Part shown: positions 1 to 9,217 of the stretch, one piece after another | Numbering within the stretch: the first letter of the stretch is position 1 | Layout: each line of letters begins with the position of its first letter | The notes under the pieces: generated by a model | The model's input: only the letters and a program-made list of their open reading frames with translations | Told to the model about the DNA's origin: nothing | Databases searched by the model: none | Program-made: the position numbers and the translations under genes | From: Podarcis tiliguerta | Lineage: Eukaryota | Direction: 5' to 3' (one strand) | Length of the DNA: 64,000 nucleotides | Assembly: GCA_965153285.1 (NCBI GenBank) | Contig: OZ229116.1

Positions 1-48
1 TGAGATTTTCAAAAGTTTGCAAGTGTATAAATGAGTATAGGTTGTATA

Positions 49-217
49 CCGTATTTTTCGCTCTATAACACGTACCCGACCATAACACGCACGTAGTTTT
101 TAGAGGAGGAAAATCCGTAGGCATGCCACCCATAGGCATTCCCTCCGTAACATGCACAGACATTTCCCCTTACTTTTTAGGAGGAAAAAAGTGAGTGTTA
201 TGGTGCAAAAAATACGG
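49..217. mobile_element. Tc1/mariner-superfamily MITE with CCGTA termini (Tc2/pogo-like); duplicate at 9221-9389
   Basis: Imperfect TIRs CCGTATTTTTCGCTCTATAA...TTATGGTGCAAAAAATACGG, with TA on both sides (47-48, 218-219). Related copy at 61403-61661. Confidence 0.85.
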
Positions 218-219
218 TA

Positions 220-391
220 GTTACTTATCTCTTTGGCTCAGGGGTCGCATAACTCCAGACCCTCCAATTTACCTCCGATAAAAATAGGGACGTCCTACCA
301 TGTCCTCCATTCTGGCATTCAATCAGAAACTGGAACAGCTTCTGTAAATCCACGGCTGTCTCTGGAATTATAGGGACACTTGGAGGGTCTG
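220..391. mobile_element. Right part of a composite non-autonomous DNA transposon (CAGACCCTCCAA...TTGGAGGGTCTG termini, hAT-like)
   Basis: TIR pair at 256 and 391; colinear with 55736-55898. Confidence 0.7.
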
Positions 392-1466
392 TAATAAGTG
401 TGTTTAGGGTTGCAGCCTTAGGAACTGGCAGGCTGGTTTGCAGGAAGAGGTAATTCAACAGCCCCCCAAAATGTCATTTACTGTCACTAAAATTGCTGTG
501 AAAGCTTTTTTTTGGTTAAGCGTTCAGATTGGAGCAACACATCTGCCTCTTTTCCCTTTTAGTGATTTATGGTAGTAAAAAGGAAAATGAAATGATAAAA
601 ACCCAAACATATGGACCACCTACAAATAGTGGCAAATTGCCGGAGAAAGGGCTAAAGCTATAATTCAACATTAGCAGCAATTCTATAGTCGTTCTCTTGC
701 TAGTAGGGCCTCGTTTGCATGGTGAGTGATTATTATCTTTGTTTTTGTCACCTCATTCTTCATCGCAGCCATGCCTGTAGGCTTCTCTAGCATATATAGA
801 AGGTGCTCTATTATGGTCTTTTGTATAAATTAAAATGTCTCAGCTGCTTCTCGGAGTACGCTTGAAGGCCACAGAATTGCTGTTTTGATTCTCTTGCACT
901 TGTGAAAATACACTCCTGCATATCCTTCCTTGAAGAATTCAAGTAAGCTTCCGTACATGCAAAAGCTGAAAAATAGCAGTATCGACGTTGGGAGGGAACT
1001 ATTTCATAAGATTTTACTGAACCACGTTGTTTAATTGTAGGTTGAGATTACTCTGGGAGAAGCCTCCCTACACCCACATCCAAACAAGGTTGATTTCCCC
1101 TCTTGTCAATTCTACTTGAATCAGTGCATGGTGACCAGTCATGTGTAGATGTTCACCACATGCCTTGGCTCCAGAAAGCCCTTGAACAGTTGCATCACAA
1201 GCAGTACACAGCTGCTGCAGGGCACGGACATGTCTGAATGTGCAATGAACATATGTGAATGATTGATCATGATGCCCTGCTTCACATAGGCTGGCAGAAC
1301 AAAGTCAACCCACTTTCTAAAAAGTCCCCTTTCTGTCCCACCCACCCTTCAAAAGTTGTGTGAATAGGACTGTCACTGTCTGGTCTACACACGGATTGTC
1401 AGACTCCTCATCTACCAAATGTTCAGGAGCAATGCTTGCATTAAAAAAAACACACAAAAAACATTA

Positions 1467-1740
1467 CAGTGGTGCCTCGCAAGACGAAATTAATTCGTTC
1501 TGCGAGTTTTTTCGTCTTGCGAATTTTTCGTTTTGCGAAGCACGGTTTCCCATAGGAAATGCATTGACGGTTTCCCATAGGAATGCATTGACGGTTTTAA
1601 GAAAAAGGCGCAGGACGTTTTTGTCTTGCGAAGCAAGCCCATAGGGAAATTCGTCTTGCGAAGCAACTCAAAAAACAAAAAACTCTTTCGTCTTGCGAGT
1701 TTTTCGTCTTGGGAGGCATTCGTCTTGCGAGGTACCTTTG
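1467..1740. mobile_element. Tigger/pogo-like MITE; duplicate at 10638-10911
   Basis: TIRs CAGTGGTGCCTCGCAAGACGAA / TTCGTCTTGCGAGGTACCTTTG, TA flanks, repeated TCGTCTTGCGA motifs, internal ~24-bp tandem duplication. Confidence 0.85.
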
Positions 1741-2718
1741 TATTTGACACCAACCTGCCTCAATGTGACGCTAACACTGGAGAAAATAAGAAGTTTTCCT
1801 GCACCCCTGGCAAAGCGTGTTCTCCTTCATGGAGAGCACGTGTTGCGGTGGGGGCCGCCAGGACACTCCAAAGTTGGGGGCGGGCTAATTGTTTGTTGGC
1901 CACTGATGCGATTGGGGCTTCCCTTGTTGTTGGGATGAAGTTAATGTTGCCATTTGTTGATTGACAGCCAGAAATGCTAAAACTCCTTGCATGAGGCTAG
2001 GGCTTCGGATCCGACCGTGCATCGGATTGATCACAGCGAAGGGAGACGGTTGTATTTTTCTACTAATTACCTTGTGTCTTTGGCCTGCTTTAATTGTGTT
2101 AGCTTCTATTTAATTGATATTTTAGTCCTATTAAATTTTCTTTTTTCTGTGTAATATTTTCTTTTACTTTTACTCTGCTTTCCCACCCCCCTTTTTGGTC
2201 TTTAATTCTCATTGGAAACATTTATGTCTGGCCTAGCAGGTGATTCTAGGGCTTTGCTTGAGAATTTGATGGCCTCTGGCAGCGATTATGGCCTGAATAG
2301 CGTCCCCATGTGGTGCACGAAGGATTGGTTTCACTGGTTCCTCACATTGTTTAGTTTTTTGCAGACTATGGCCTTTGCAGATGCCTCCAGAGCTTGTCTC
2401 TCCTGCAGAGGATGACTTGCTGATGCCCCAGGTGCCTTCCTCTGGAAGAAAGCGTCTTCAGAGGCGGCGATCTAGGAGAGGAGGGCAAAGAAGAGCAGAG
2501 ATGATTCTTACACTTCCTCACAGGTACTTCATTCCTGGGCTCTGATGATGATTCAGGCGTCACCTTGGACCTCTATGGGGTCAGGGTGAGGCTGTCCCGG
2601 GTCTTTAAGGATCATCCTGGTTAGCTCAGCGGGTCAGCATGTGGTGCCAGTAATGCCTAGGCTGCAGGATTGGTCCCTGTATGGGACAGCTGCATGCTCC
2701 CCCATCGTTCTACCTGGA

Positions 2719-2937
2719 CAGAAGCCTGGTTGCAGGGGGCCGGGCAGAGGGCCTTCTCGGTGGTGGCACCTGTCCTGTGGAGAGCCCTCCCACCAGATGT
2801 CAACTACCAGACATTTAGAAGACATCGGAAGGAAGCCCTATTTAGGGAAGCTTTTATTGTCTGATGCATTACTGCATTTTAATATTTTGTTGGAAGCCAC
2901 CCAGGGGAAGCCCAGCTAGATGGGCGGGGTATATTTA

Positions 2938-2980
<43 letters not shown>
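2719..2980 (+). mobile_element. L2-clade LINE 3' end with (TTA)n tail, inserted in the Ngaro-type element
   Basis: EAWLQGAGQRAFSVVAPVLWRALPPDV..TFRRH..ALFREAF matches an L2 ORF2 C-terminus; followed by 3' UTR and (TTA)n at 2941-2980. Confidence 0.85.
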
Positions 2981-2981
<1 letters not shown>

Positions 2982-3030
2982 GGGAGTGGACTAGAAGATT
3001 GTTGGTGTCCCTTCCAACTCTACGATTCTA
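2981..3030 (+). mobile_element. CR1 LINE extreme 3' end
   Basis: GGACTAGA...GTCCCTTCCAACTCTACGATTCTA, the typical CR1 terminus. Confidence 0.75.
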
Positions 3031-3339
3031 TAAGTAGCAATTCACTATGATGGGAATGTTAGACCCAGGGCTGCCATCATCCCCACAGCTTGCTGGGATC
3101 GCAGGGATGGGGACGTGTGGACCACTTGCGCAGCTTTACATTTCAAATGGAAATTCCCTGAGCAGTAGAACCTGAAACTGGTGTGCAGGAAGCTGGCCCG
3201 GCGGCAGCTTTGTTGTTTAGGGGTTCTGGACAGCGTCAGCCCTGTAAATTCACACATCTTGGTGGCAGCACAAGACGCCCCCTGCCCAAGCGGGGGCTGG
3301 GAGCTGGCAAGCAATAGCTCCTTATCTCTGGCCCATATT

Positions 3340-4520
3340 CCCATAAAATTATCTCCCTTGAAAGCCTGGCTAAAAGGTTATCTAGATGGGTCAGCGACTT
3401 TGTGCTTGTGGGAAGGGTTTTCTCAAGGTTTAGGATTCCTCTGGCTTTTCAGCCAATGGCTGAATCACAGCAAATCAAAAGTCAGTTAGAGAGCCACCTA
3501 AGGTAGCCAGAAAGAAGGTTAGGAAGCAGCTTGCATTGGGACGTATGGTGGGACCCCTAAGAAAGCCCCATATAATTCCATCTGATCCTTATTTATCGCA
3601 TCCCAAAGGCACCTCAGTGAATGACGCTATACTTAAGGAATTGTTCCGCGAAGTTCACATCTTTGGAGCAGGCGGTTGAGCTTGCCACAAAATTGGAAGA
3701 GGTGCCTTGTTGGCAATATGCTGTATTGAATTGGCTGTTAGGCTGCTGCTGGTTCACCAGCGAGATTTTAAGTGGTTGGGCTCCTTATATTGATAAGGCA
3801 ATACTGATGGCTTGCGCAATAGACTGTGCAGCACTCCAGTCCTTTAGTGCCTTTCTGGATTGAACAGTGCGAGTCTATACTCATTTAACTGGGGGTACCA
3901 TTTTTTGGATTATTTTACTGGCTGGTTCATGTGACACCAGCCTCTGTGTAGGCTTGCTAGACACCCTTTATTCCTCTGAGGAGCTGGGTGTTTCATAGGC
4001 AGTAACGTATTTGTGGGTTAGCTGGATACCGTTGCTCAAACATCTGCTTGCCTGTGGTGAAGCTGTTTGCCTTCAAGGAAGTTATTCTTGTTATACTTCT
4101 TCTGAAGCAAGCGTTGCTTTGTCAAATCCTATCATTTGCTAGGTCAGTTAAATTTTGCATGCAGGGTGGTTGCTCCAGGCTGCCCCTTCCGTTCCTGCTT
4201 GGCCAGGTTGTCTCATGGCCTGAGGTCCCTTCTTCATCATGTACACTGGGCTTGAGCCTGGCAGGGCAAGCCAATCATTATTTAGGGATCCAGATGGTTA
4301 TTGTTGCTCAAACATACCGCTTGCCTATGGAGAAGCTGTCTGCCTGGAAGGAAGTTATTTTGTAATACTTCTTCTGAAGCAAGTGATGCTTCATCAGATC
4401 CAATCTTCCTGGGTCGTTTAATTAAATATTGCATGCAGATTGGTTGTCCCAGGCTGCCCCTTCCGTTCCCACTTGGCCAGGCTGCCTGAGGCCCGAGGTC
4501 CCCTTACCTTTGTGTACGCT
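3340..4520 (+). pseudogene. Frameshifted DIRS/Ngaro-type reverse transcriptase
   Basis: Read across frameshifts: PIKLSPLKAWLKGY..LWEGFSQG; NQKSVREPPKVARKKVRKQLALGRMVGP; LSHPKGTSVNDAI; GRGALLA...VRLLLVHQRDFKWLG; YIDKAILMACAIDCAALQSFSAFLD; HFLDYF (degenerate YLDD motif). Confidence 0.85.
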
Positions 4521-4524
4521 TACA

Positions 4525-4698
4525 TGGCAGGATACCTTGAACCTGCACAGTGATTTTCAGGTTCATGCTGATGCTGCTGGCTCTTAGGCCTTTGGTTTTT
4601 ATTTCAGGGGCTGTTCATTGGGGACTGTAGAAAGAATTAAGAACATGGGCCGTTGGAAGTCCAATGCATTTTGTGGATATGTGCATAGACATCGTTGA
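4525..4698 (+). pseudogene. RNase H N-terminal stub joined in frame to tyrosine-recombinase C-terminus
   Basis: One frame reads WQDTLNLHSDFQVHADAAGS*AFGFYFRGCSLGTVERIKNMGRWKSNAFCGYVHRHR*. The GRWxSxA..Y motif with its catalytic Tyr is typical of DIRS-order recombinases. Confidence 0.8.
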
Positions 4699-4732
4699 TC
4701 ACCCATACTTATATTTGCTTGTCTTCTCTTAG

Positions 4733-5299
4733 GTGTGGCTGCTGTTCGCATTGTGGGCCACAGCATTGTCTACTGGGCCGGTATCAGAGCAAGGGAGTCT
4801 GGACTTGGACTCAGTCTTGGCTTTCCTCAACACGCGCAAGTGTCTTGGCTGTCCAGGCGTGGAATGCTGTGGGCTGAATTGCTTCCCCTTGTTCGGAAGC
4901 ATGTGAGGTTGGAGGGCCCCCCTACAGCTATCGTGCTGCAGTTAGGGGGAAATGATCTGCTTGCCACGGACTGTTGTTATTTACATTTTACAGTTCAAAA
5001 GGACCTGGCTGAATTGGCAGAGTTTTTGCCGGGTGTGAAAGTTTTTGGTCTCAGTTGCTGCAGAGACGCACCTGGTGTGGCAGTCGCTGTCCAGCCGCCA
5101 CTGATGGAGCCAGAAAGCGTGTTAATAAGGTGGCAATGAAAGCAGTCATTGCTCATGGTGGTTCTGTGATTGCGCACCCCGATATCACCTTCAAGGCGGC
5201 CGTCCTTTTCAGGGACGATGGTGTGCATCTTTCCCCGTTGGGAAATGACACATGGTTAAATTCTGTTGTGTGGGTTTGAAGGTGGGGCTGCAGTTGTGA
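4733..5299 (+). pseudogene. SGNH/GDSL hydrolase ORF of the retrotransposon (frameshifted); duplicate at 13904-14470
   Basis: ORFs 4735-5139 and 5055-5279 together give blocks IVGHSIV, RRGMLW, LGGNDL and DGVHLS. Frameshift at the T-run 5042-5046; probable second shift near 5270 with the original stop at 5297-5299. Confidence 0.88.
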
Positions 5300-6270
5300 G
5301 TGGTTGGCGGCGAGCTTGAGTGCTCGGTGGCGGTTAGGCATTGGTTTATGGTTTGGTTGGTTGAGGGGAAGTGGGTGAGTGCCTGCCCTTGGTAGGTTGA
5401 GTGCCTGCCCCTCTAATGCTGCTGCTGCAAGGGATTCCATTAAAGGAATTGGGGGCTAACTATTGCTTGTCCACTCTGTCAAGGGGGCTCGGGCCATAGC
5501 AATGAGCTCCTGGTTGCATTTGGGGTGAGGGCAGGTTCCCTGCTCCACGTAACCCCCAAGTGTATTCCCCAATTCTGACTTTCGCATCGTGCGGAATGTC
5601 AGTCTGTCCCCCATGGTGGGGGCAGATAGTCGCAACCAATGCCTAAGCAACCACTCACAAATTTGTATTTCAATAAAGTTGTGGCCAAAATTATGCCAAA
5701 AATCTTAAACAAAAAATTCTGTGTGATGTGTGAGTTATTGGGGTGGCCCTGGGGACCTCGACACGCAAGGAACCTGTTATTAAAACTTTCATACAGCATG
5801 TATTTAATAATAAAAAGTCGTATATACATGTGGCGTCCTGGGTACTGTGGACCCAGGAGCTAGCTTTTCTGCTCCCCCAAAAGCAATCTATCAAAACACG
5901 TATATTAGTTTTACATGCCACCTAAAGCAATCTCTGAGAGATGCCAGGGGTTCCAGGCACTTACCCAGGGTTTGTGTTTCCTTTGGAATGAGGTACATTG
6001 GAGACTCTAGTGTCTTTAGGATTTATGGTTTATTTACATTTATATACAACCTGAGCCTACGATGGAGGGACTCACAGCATTAACACCCCGAAGAGAGTTT
6101 AGCTTCTCCTGTAGCCACAGCCTTTGATTGAAACAGGAATCAAACATTGTTCTATCTCTGGTTCAATCCTGGGTTTTGGCAAATAGTCGCCCCTGTTAGT
6201 GGTGCAGCTTCTGGCATATTTGCCAAGCTAAAAAGGTCTGGTATGGTTTCAAATTGGATGGGGGACCACA

Positions 6271-6349
6271 TGTTGAGATTCCTGCATTGCAGGGCGTTGG
6301 ACTAGATGACCCTCGGGATCCCTTCCAATTCAACAATGATATGATTCTA
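6271..6349 (+). mobile_element. CR1 LINE 3' end; duplicate at 15442-15520
   Basis: TTCCTGCATTGCAGGGCGTTGGACTAGATGACCCTCGGGATCCCTTCCAA...ATGATTCTA. Confidence 0.85.
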
Positions 6350-6869
6350 GCTGACATCACTTTATGTTCAACTCTGGCCTTTCTCCTCTGACAGCCCAAC
6401 CATTTGTTATCTGGCACAGATCAACTTTTTTCCCCATAGAGCTGGAACTAAATATGATGTCGTAGCTCTGTGTTTGCCATCTCAGGCTTAGATTTTAGGC
6501 TTTCTCTAGAAGATTTTACAAAGATTTCTCTTTGCTTATCATATTTGTCTAATTTACTCATCTATATAATTTATCACAGATCTGTTTAAGTCACAGGATT
6601 GGATTGTTCCTTCGATGGAGTTACATTATGTCCACTTCATAACCAACATTGTCCTGAGAAGATAATTTGAAACAAATAAATAACAGTCATGCTTTGTTAT
6701 AATGCCACAGAATAGAAAGGCTGGCAATGGATATAAATTCTGGGGTTTTTTTTGGGGGGGGGGGTTGCAAAACATTGCTGTTCATCTATGGCAATCATAG
6801 CGAGTGCATATGTCAACAAAAACACAAGAAAATCAGTAATATGCAATTATTCAAATACCCACATCTTTA

Positions 6870-7046
6870 CAGTGGTACCTCGGGTTAAGAACTTAATTCG
6901 TTCCAGAGGTCCATTCGTAACCTGAAACTTCTTAACCTGAGGTACCACTTTATCTAGTGGGGCCTCCTGCTGCCGCCACACCACCGCTGTGTGATTTCTG
7001 TCCTCATCCTGCAGCAAAGTTCTTAACCCGAGGTAATATTTCTGGG
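6870..7046. mobile_element. Tigger/pogo-like MITE (CAGTGGTACCTCGGGTT family), cut by the gap
   Basis: TA plus TIR at 6870; complete version at 16041-16255. Confidence 0.85.
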
Positions 7047-7246
7047 NNNNNNNNNNNNNNNNNNNNNNNNNNNNNNNNNNNNNNNNNNNNNNNNNNNNNN
7101 NNNNNNNNNNNNNNNNNNNNNNNNNNNNNNNNNNNNNNNNNNNNNNNNNNNNNNNNNNNNNNNNNNNNNNNNNNNNNNNNNNNNNNNNNNNNNNNNNNNN
7201 NNNNNNNNNNNNNNNNNNNNNNNNNNNNNNNNNNNNNNNNNNNNNN
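7047..7246. other. Assembly gap (200 N)
   Basis: Run of N. Confidence 1.
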
Positions 7247-7705
7247 TTCAAAATTACATTCTGCAGTTGCAAAGCATACAATGAAACTCTGAGAGCATGG
7301 TGCACAACCGTTCATTGCACAATATCCCTAAACATCTGGTGCATTAGCGATAACCAGCACAGTCCTTTAATATTTTTTTTAAAAGTATGTTAAACACATT
7401 TCTTATTTTATTCACAAAGATATACAAATGTTGAGCCATACTCTCCTCCCACCTGTTACCATCATCACCCACTCATTAAACTTTCAACCAAACTGTCAGC
7501 GTGTGGCTGGTTTCTTTCCTTCCAGTGCTACAGGAGAAGCTGTTTGAAAAATTCAAATGCACCATTGATAGGCAATTTTCACTTAATAGCCGCAATGGCT
7601 GGAAGCAAATCTATACATTCACATTTCCATAAACTTTGGTGTTTATTATTTTGCTTTCAAAACAAAGTATTTAACAGTTTTGTACAATGCCTCATTATTA
7701 TACTT

Positions 7706-8068
7706 ACGCGGGTGGCGCTGTGGGTTAAAGCCTCAGCGCCTAGGGCTTGCCGATCGTAAGGTCGGCGGTTCGAATCCCCGTGGCGGGGTGCGCTCCCGCT
7801 GTTCGGTCCCAGCGCCTGCCAACCTAGCAGTTCGAAAGCACCCCCGGGTGCAAGTAGATAAATAGGGACCGCTTACTAGTGGGAAGGTAAACGGCGTTTC
7901 CGTGTGGGGCTCTGGCTCGCCAGAGCAGCGATGTCACGCTGGCCACGTGACCCGGAAGTGTCTTCGGACAGCGCTGGCCCCCGGCCTCTTTGAGTGAGAT
8001 GGGCGCACAACCCTAGAGTCTGTCAAGACTGGCCCGTATGGGCAGGGGTACCTTTACCTTTTTTTACC
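7706..8068 (+). mobile_element. Sauria SINE (variant shared with 50804)
   Basis: tRNA-derived head with A box (TGGCGCTGTGGG) and B box (GGTTCGAATCC), Sauria core GCAAGTAGATAAATAGG, (ACCTTT)n tail. Confidence 0.92.
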
Positions 8069-9217
8069 TGAGGTTCAAACCACACAGGGAATCAGAGGCA
8101 GATTTGGGATATGAAACCAAATTTCCCAAATCCCACATGCAGGCCCATGTCAGCAGGGGGCAGAAAGGGAGCCGGGTACACTTGCTCCAGGCCTCAGAGG
8201 CCAGGGGCCCTCACCAGGGACCAGCTGCTTTTTAGTTTGAGTTTATAACTTTATTCTAACAAGAGTCCCATCAAGGGTCTCAGACAAGCTCTGCCCATGG
8301 TTCAAGATTCTCAGCAAGACAGAATGGCAAAAGTAAAACTCATCTCCAAATCTGCTATTATAGTAAATTGGATCAGTGCCTCCAAACTTGACGGCTTATC
8401 TCAATTGATAAATATGTGATAAAAGTGACCTCTGAGAAGGAGCCCCCCCCCCTGTTCTGTTGCAGTTCGATACCCCCACAAAAACCTCACCAGATCTCAC
8501 AAGCAACTACAGACACGTGTGAATCATTTCGTCTCTCTCTATTAAGTTTTTTGCCACTGCCATAAATGTTTTGCATCCTCATTTCTTGCATGACAACACC
8601 GTGAAGTTGCTCTGCAGTAATTGTTACATCCCAGATATTTTGCTGCAGCAACTTTGCACTGGTGCAACATTCCCTAGACAGGTGAGAGTAATTAGGCTGT
8701 TTAAGATAAATAAAATGTTAGTTACAATACTTTGACTTTATTCTGGATTTTTAAAAAAATAATAAATTGCTACTAAAACAATCTGAAGGAAGATGTTAAT
8801 GTTATACCAATGTGAGTTAATGTTCCCAGTTTCACAGTTAAACACCAAATTTTCATTTTAACTAGAGCCGATTATTACAAGAGTCACCTACCTATACAGT
8901 AGCCAGTAGTTATCTTAATTTCAAAAATTGCTATGCTGGCAAAAATATCTCTTCCCAAGATGCCTTCTAGAACAATCTACAAAATAAGACAAAAACAGGA
9001 ATTTAGTGCTAATATTTTCATAACATTTATTAAAGTTAAGGAAGCAGCAGAGACCTCAGTTTTGGAATTAAGACTCTACAATGACTCTTTTCCTTGCAAG
9101 ACTCTATTGAAGAACAGTCTAGAGAATTATTATTAACAAAGGGCAATGCCTAACACCTTCAGCTAGTACAGTCCCCTGAATATCTGTTCAGAGATTACAT
9201 GCACATAAAAGAGAGAA

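Larger units (their letters stand above)
1800..5768 (+). mobile_element. Degenerate, internally deleted tyrosine-recombinase retrotransposon (DIRS order, Ngaro-type); duplicate at 10971-14939
   Basis: Ordered remnants: gag-like HYDGNVRPRAAIIPTACWDRRDGDVW (~3044-3120); RT motifs (3340-4520); RNase H start (VHADAAGS*AFGFYFRG); recombinase C-terminus (IKNMGRWKSNAFCGYV); SGNH hydrolase; AATAAA at 5672-5677. Boundaries approximate. Confidence 0.88.
46..7046 (+). repeat. ~7.0 kb near-identical direct duplication, copy 1 (copy 2 at 9218-16217)
   Basis: Sequence and ORF track repeat with offset 9172 then 9171. I saw only two differences: T/C at 73 vs 9245 and one T in a poly-T run near 506-513. Copy 1 ends at the N gap. 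Confidence 0.97.

Noticed and set aside
1467-1740. Repeated TCGTCTTGCGA units resembling a CRISPR-like array
   Set aside because: Irregular spacing, lies between TIRs with TA flanks, vertebrate context: these are internal repeats of a MITE.
4735-5279. Host or domesticated SGNH lipase gene
   Set aside because: Frameshifted and embedded in retrotransposon order directly after the recombinase remnant.
5294-5677. Hammerhead or HDV ribozyme identity for the structured 3' region
   Set aside because: No CTGA.GA...GAAA hammerhead core, and I could not trace an HDV-type pseudoknot by eye; left unclassified.
6847-7315. Long ORFs spanning the first gap (likewise 42919-43361)
   Set aside because: Artefacts of translating N runs.
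7706-7790. tRNA gene (A and B boxes)
   Set aside because: tRNA-derived head of a Sauria SINE, continuing into SINE body and tail; the same applies to the other four copies and the stub near 52985.
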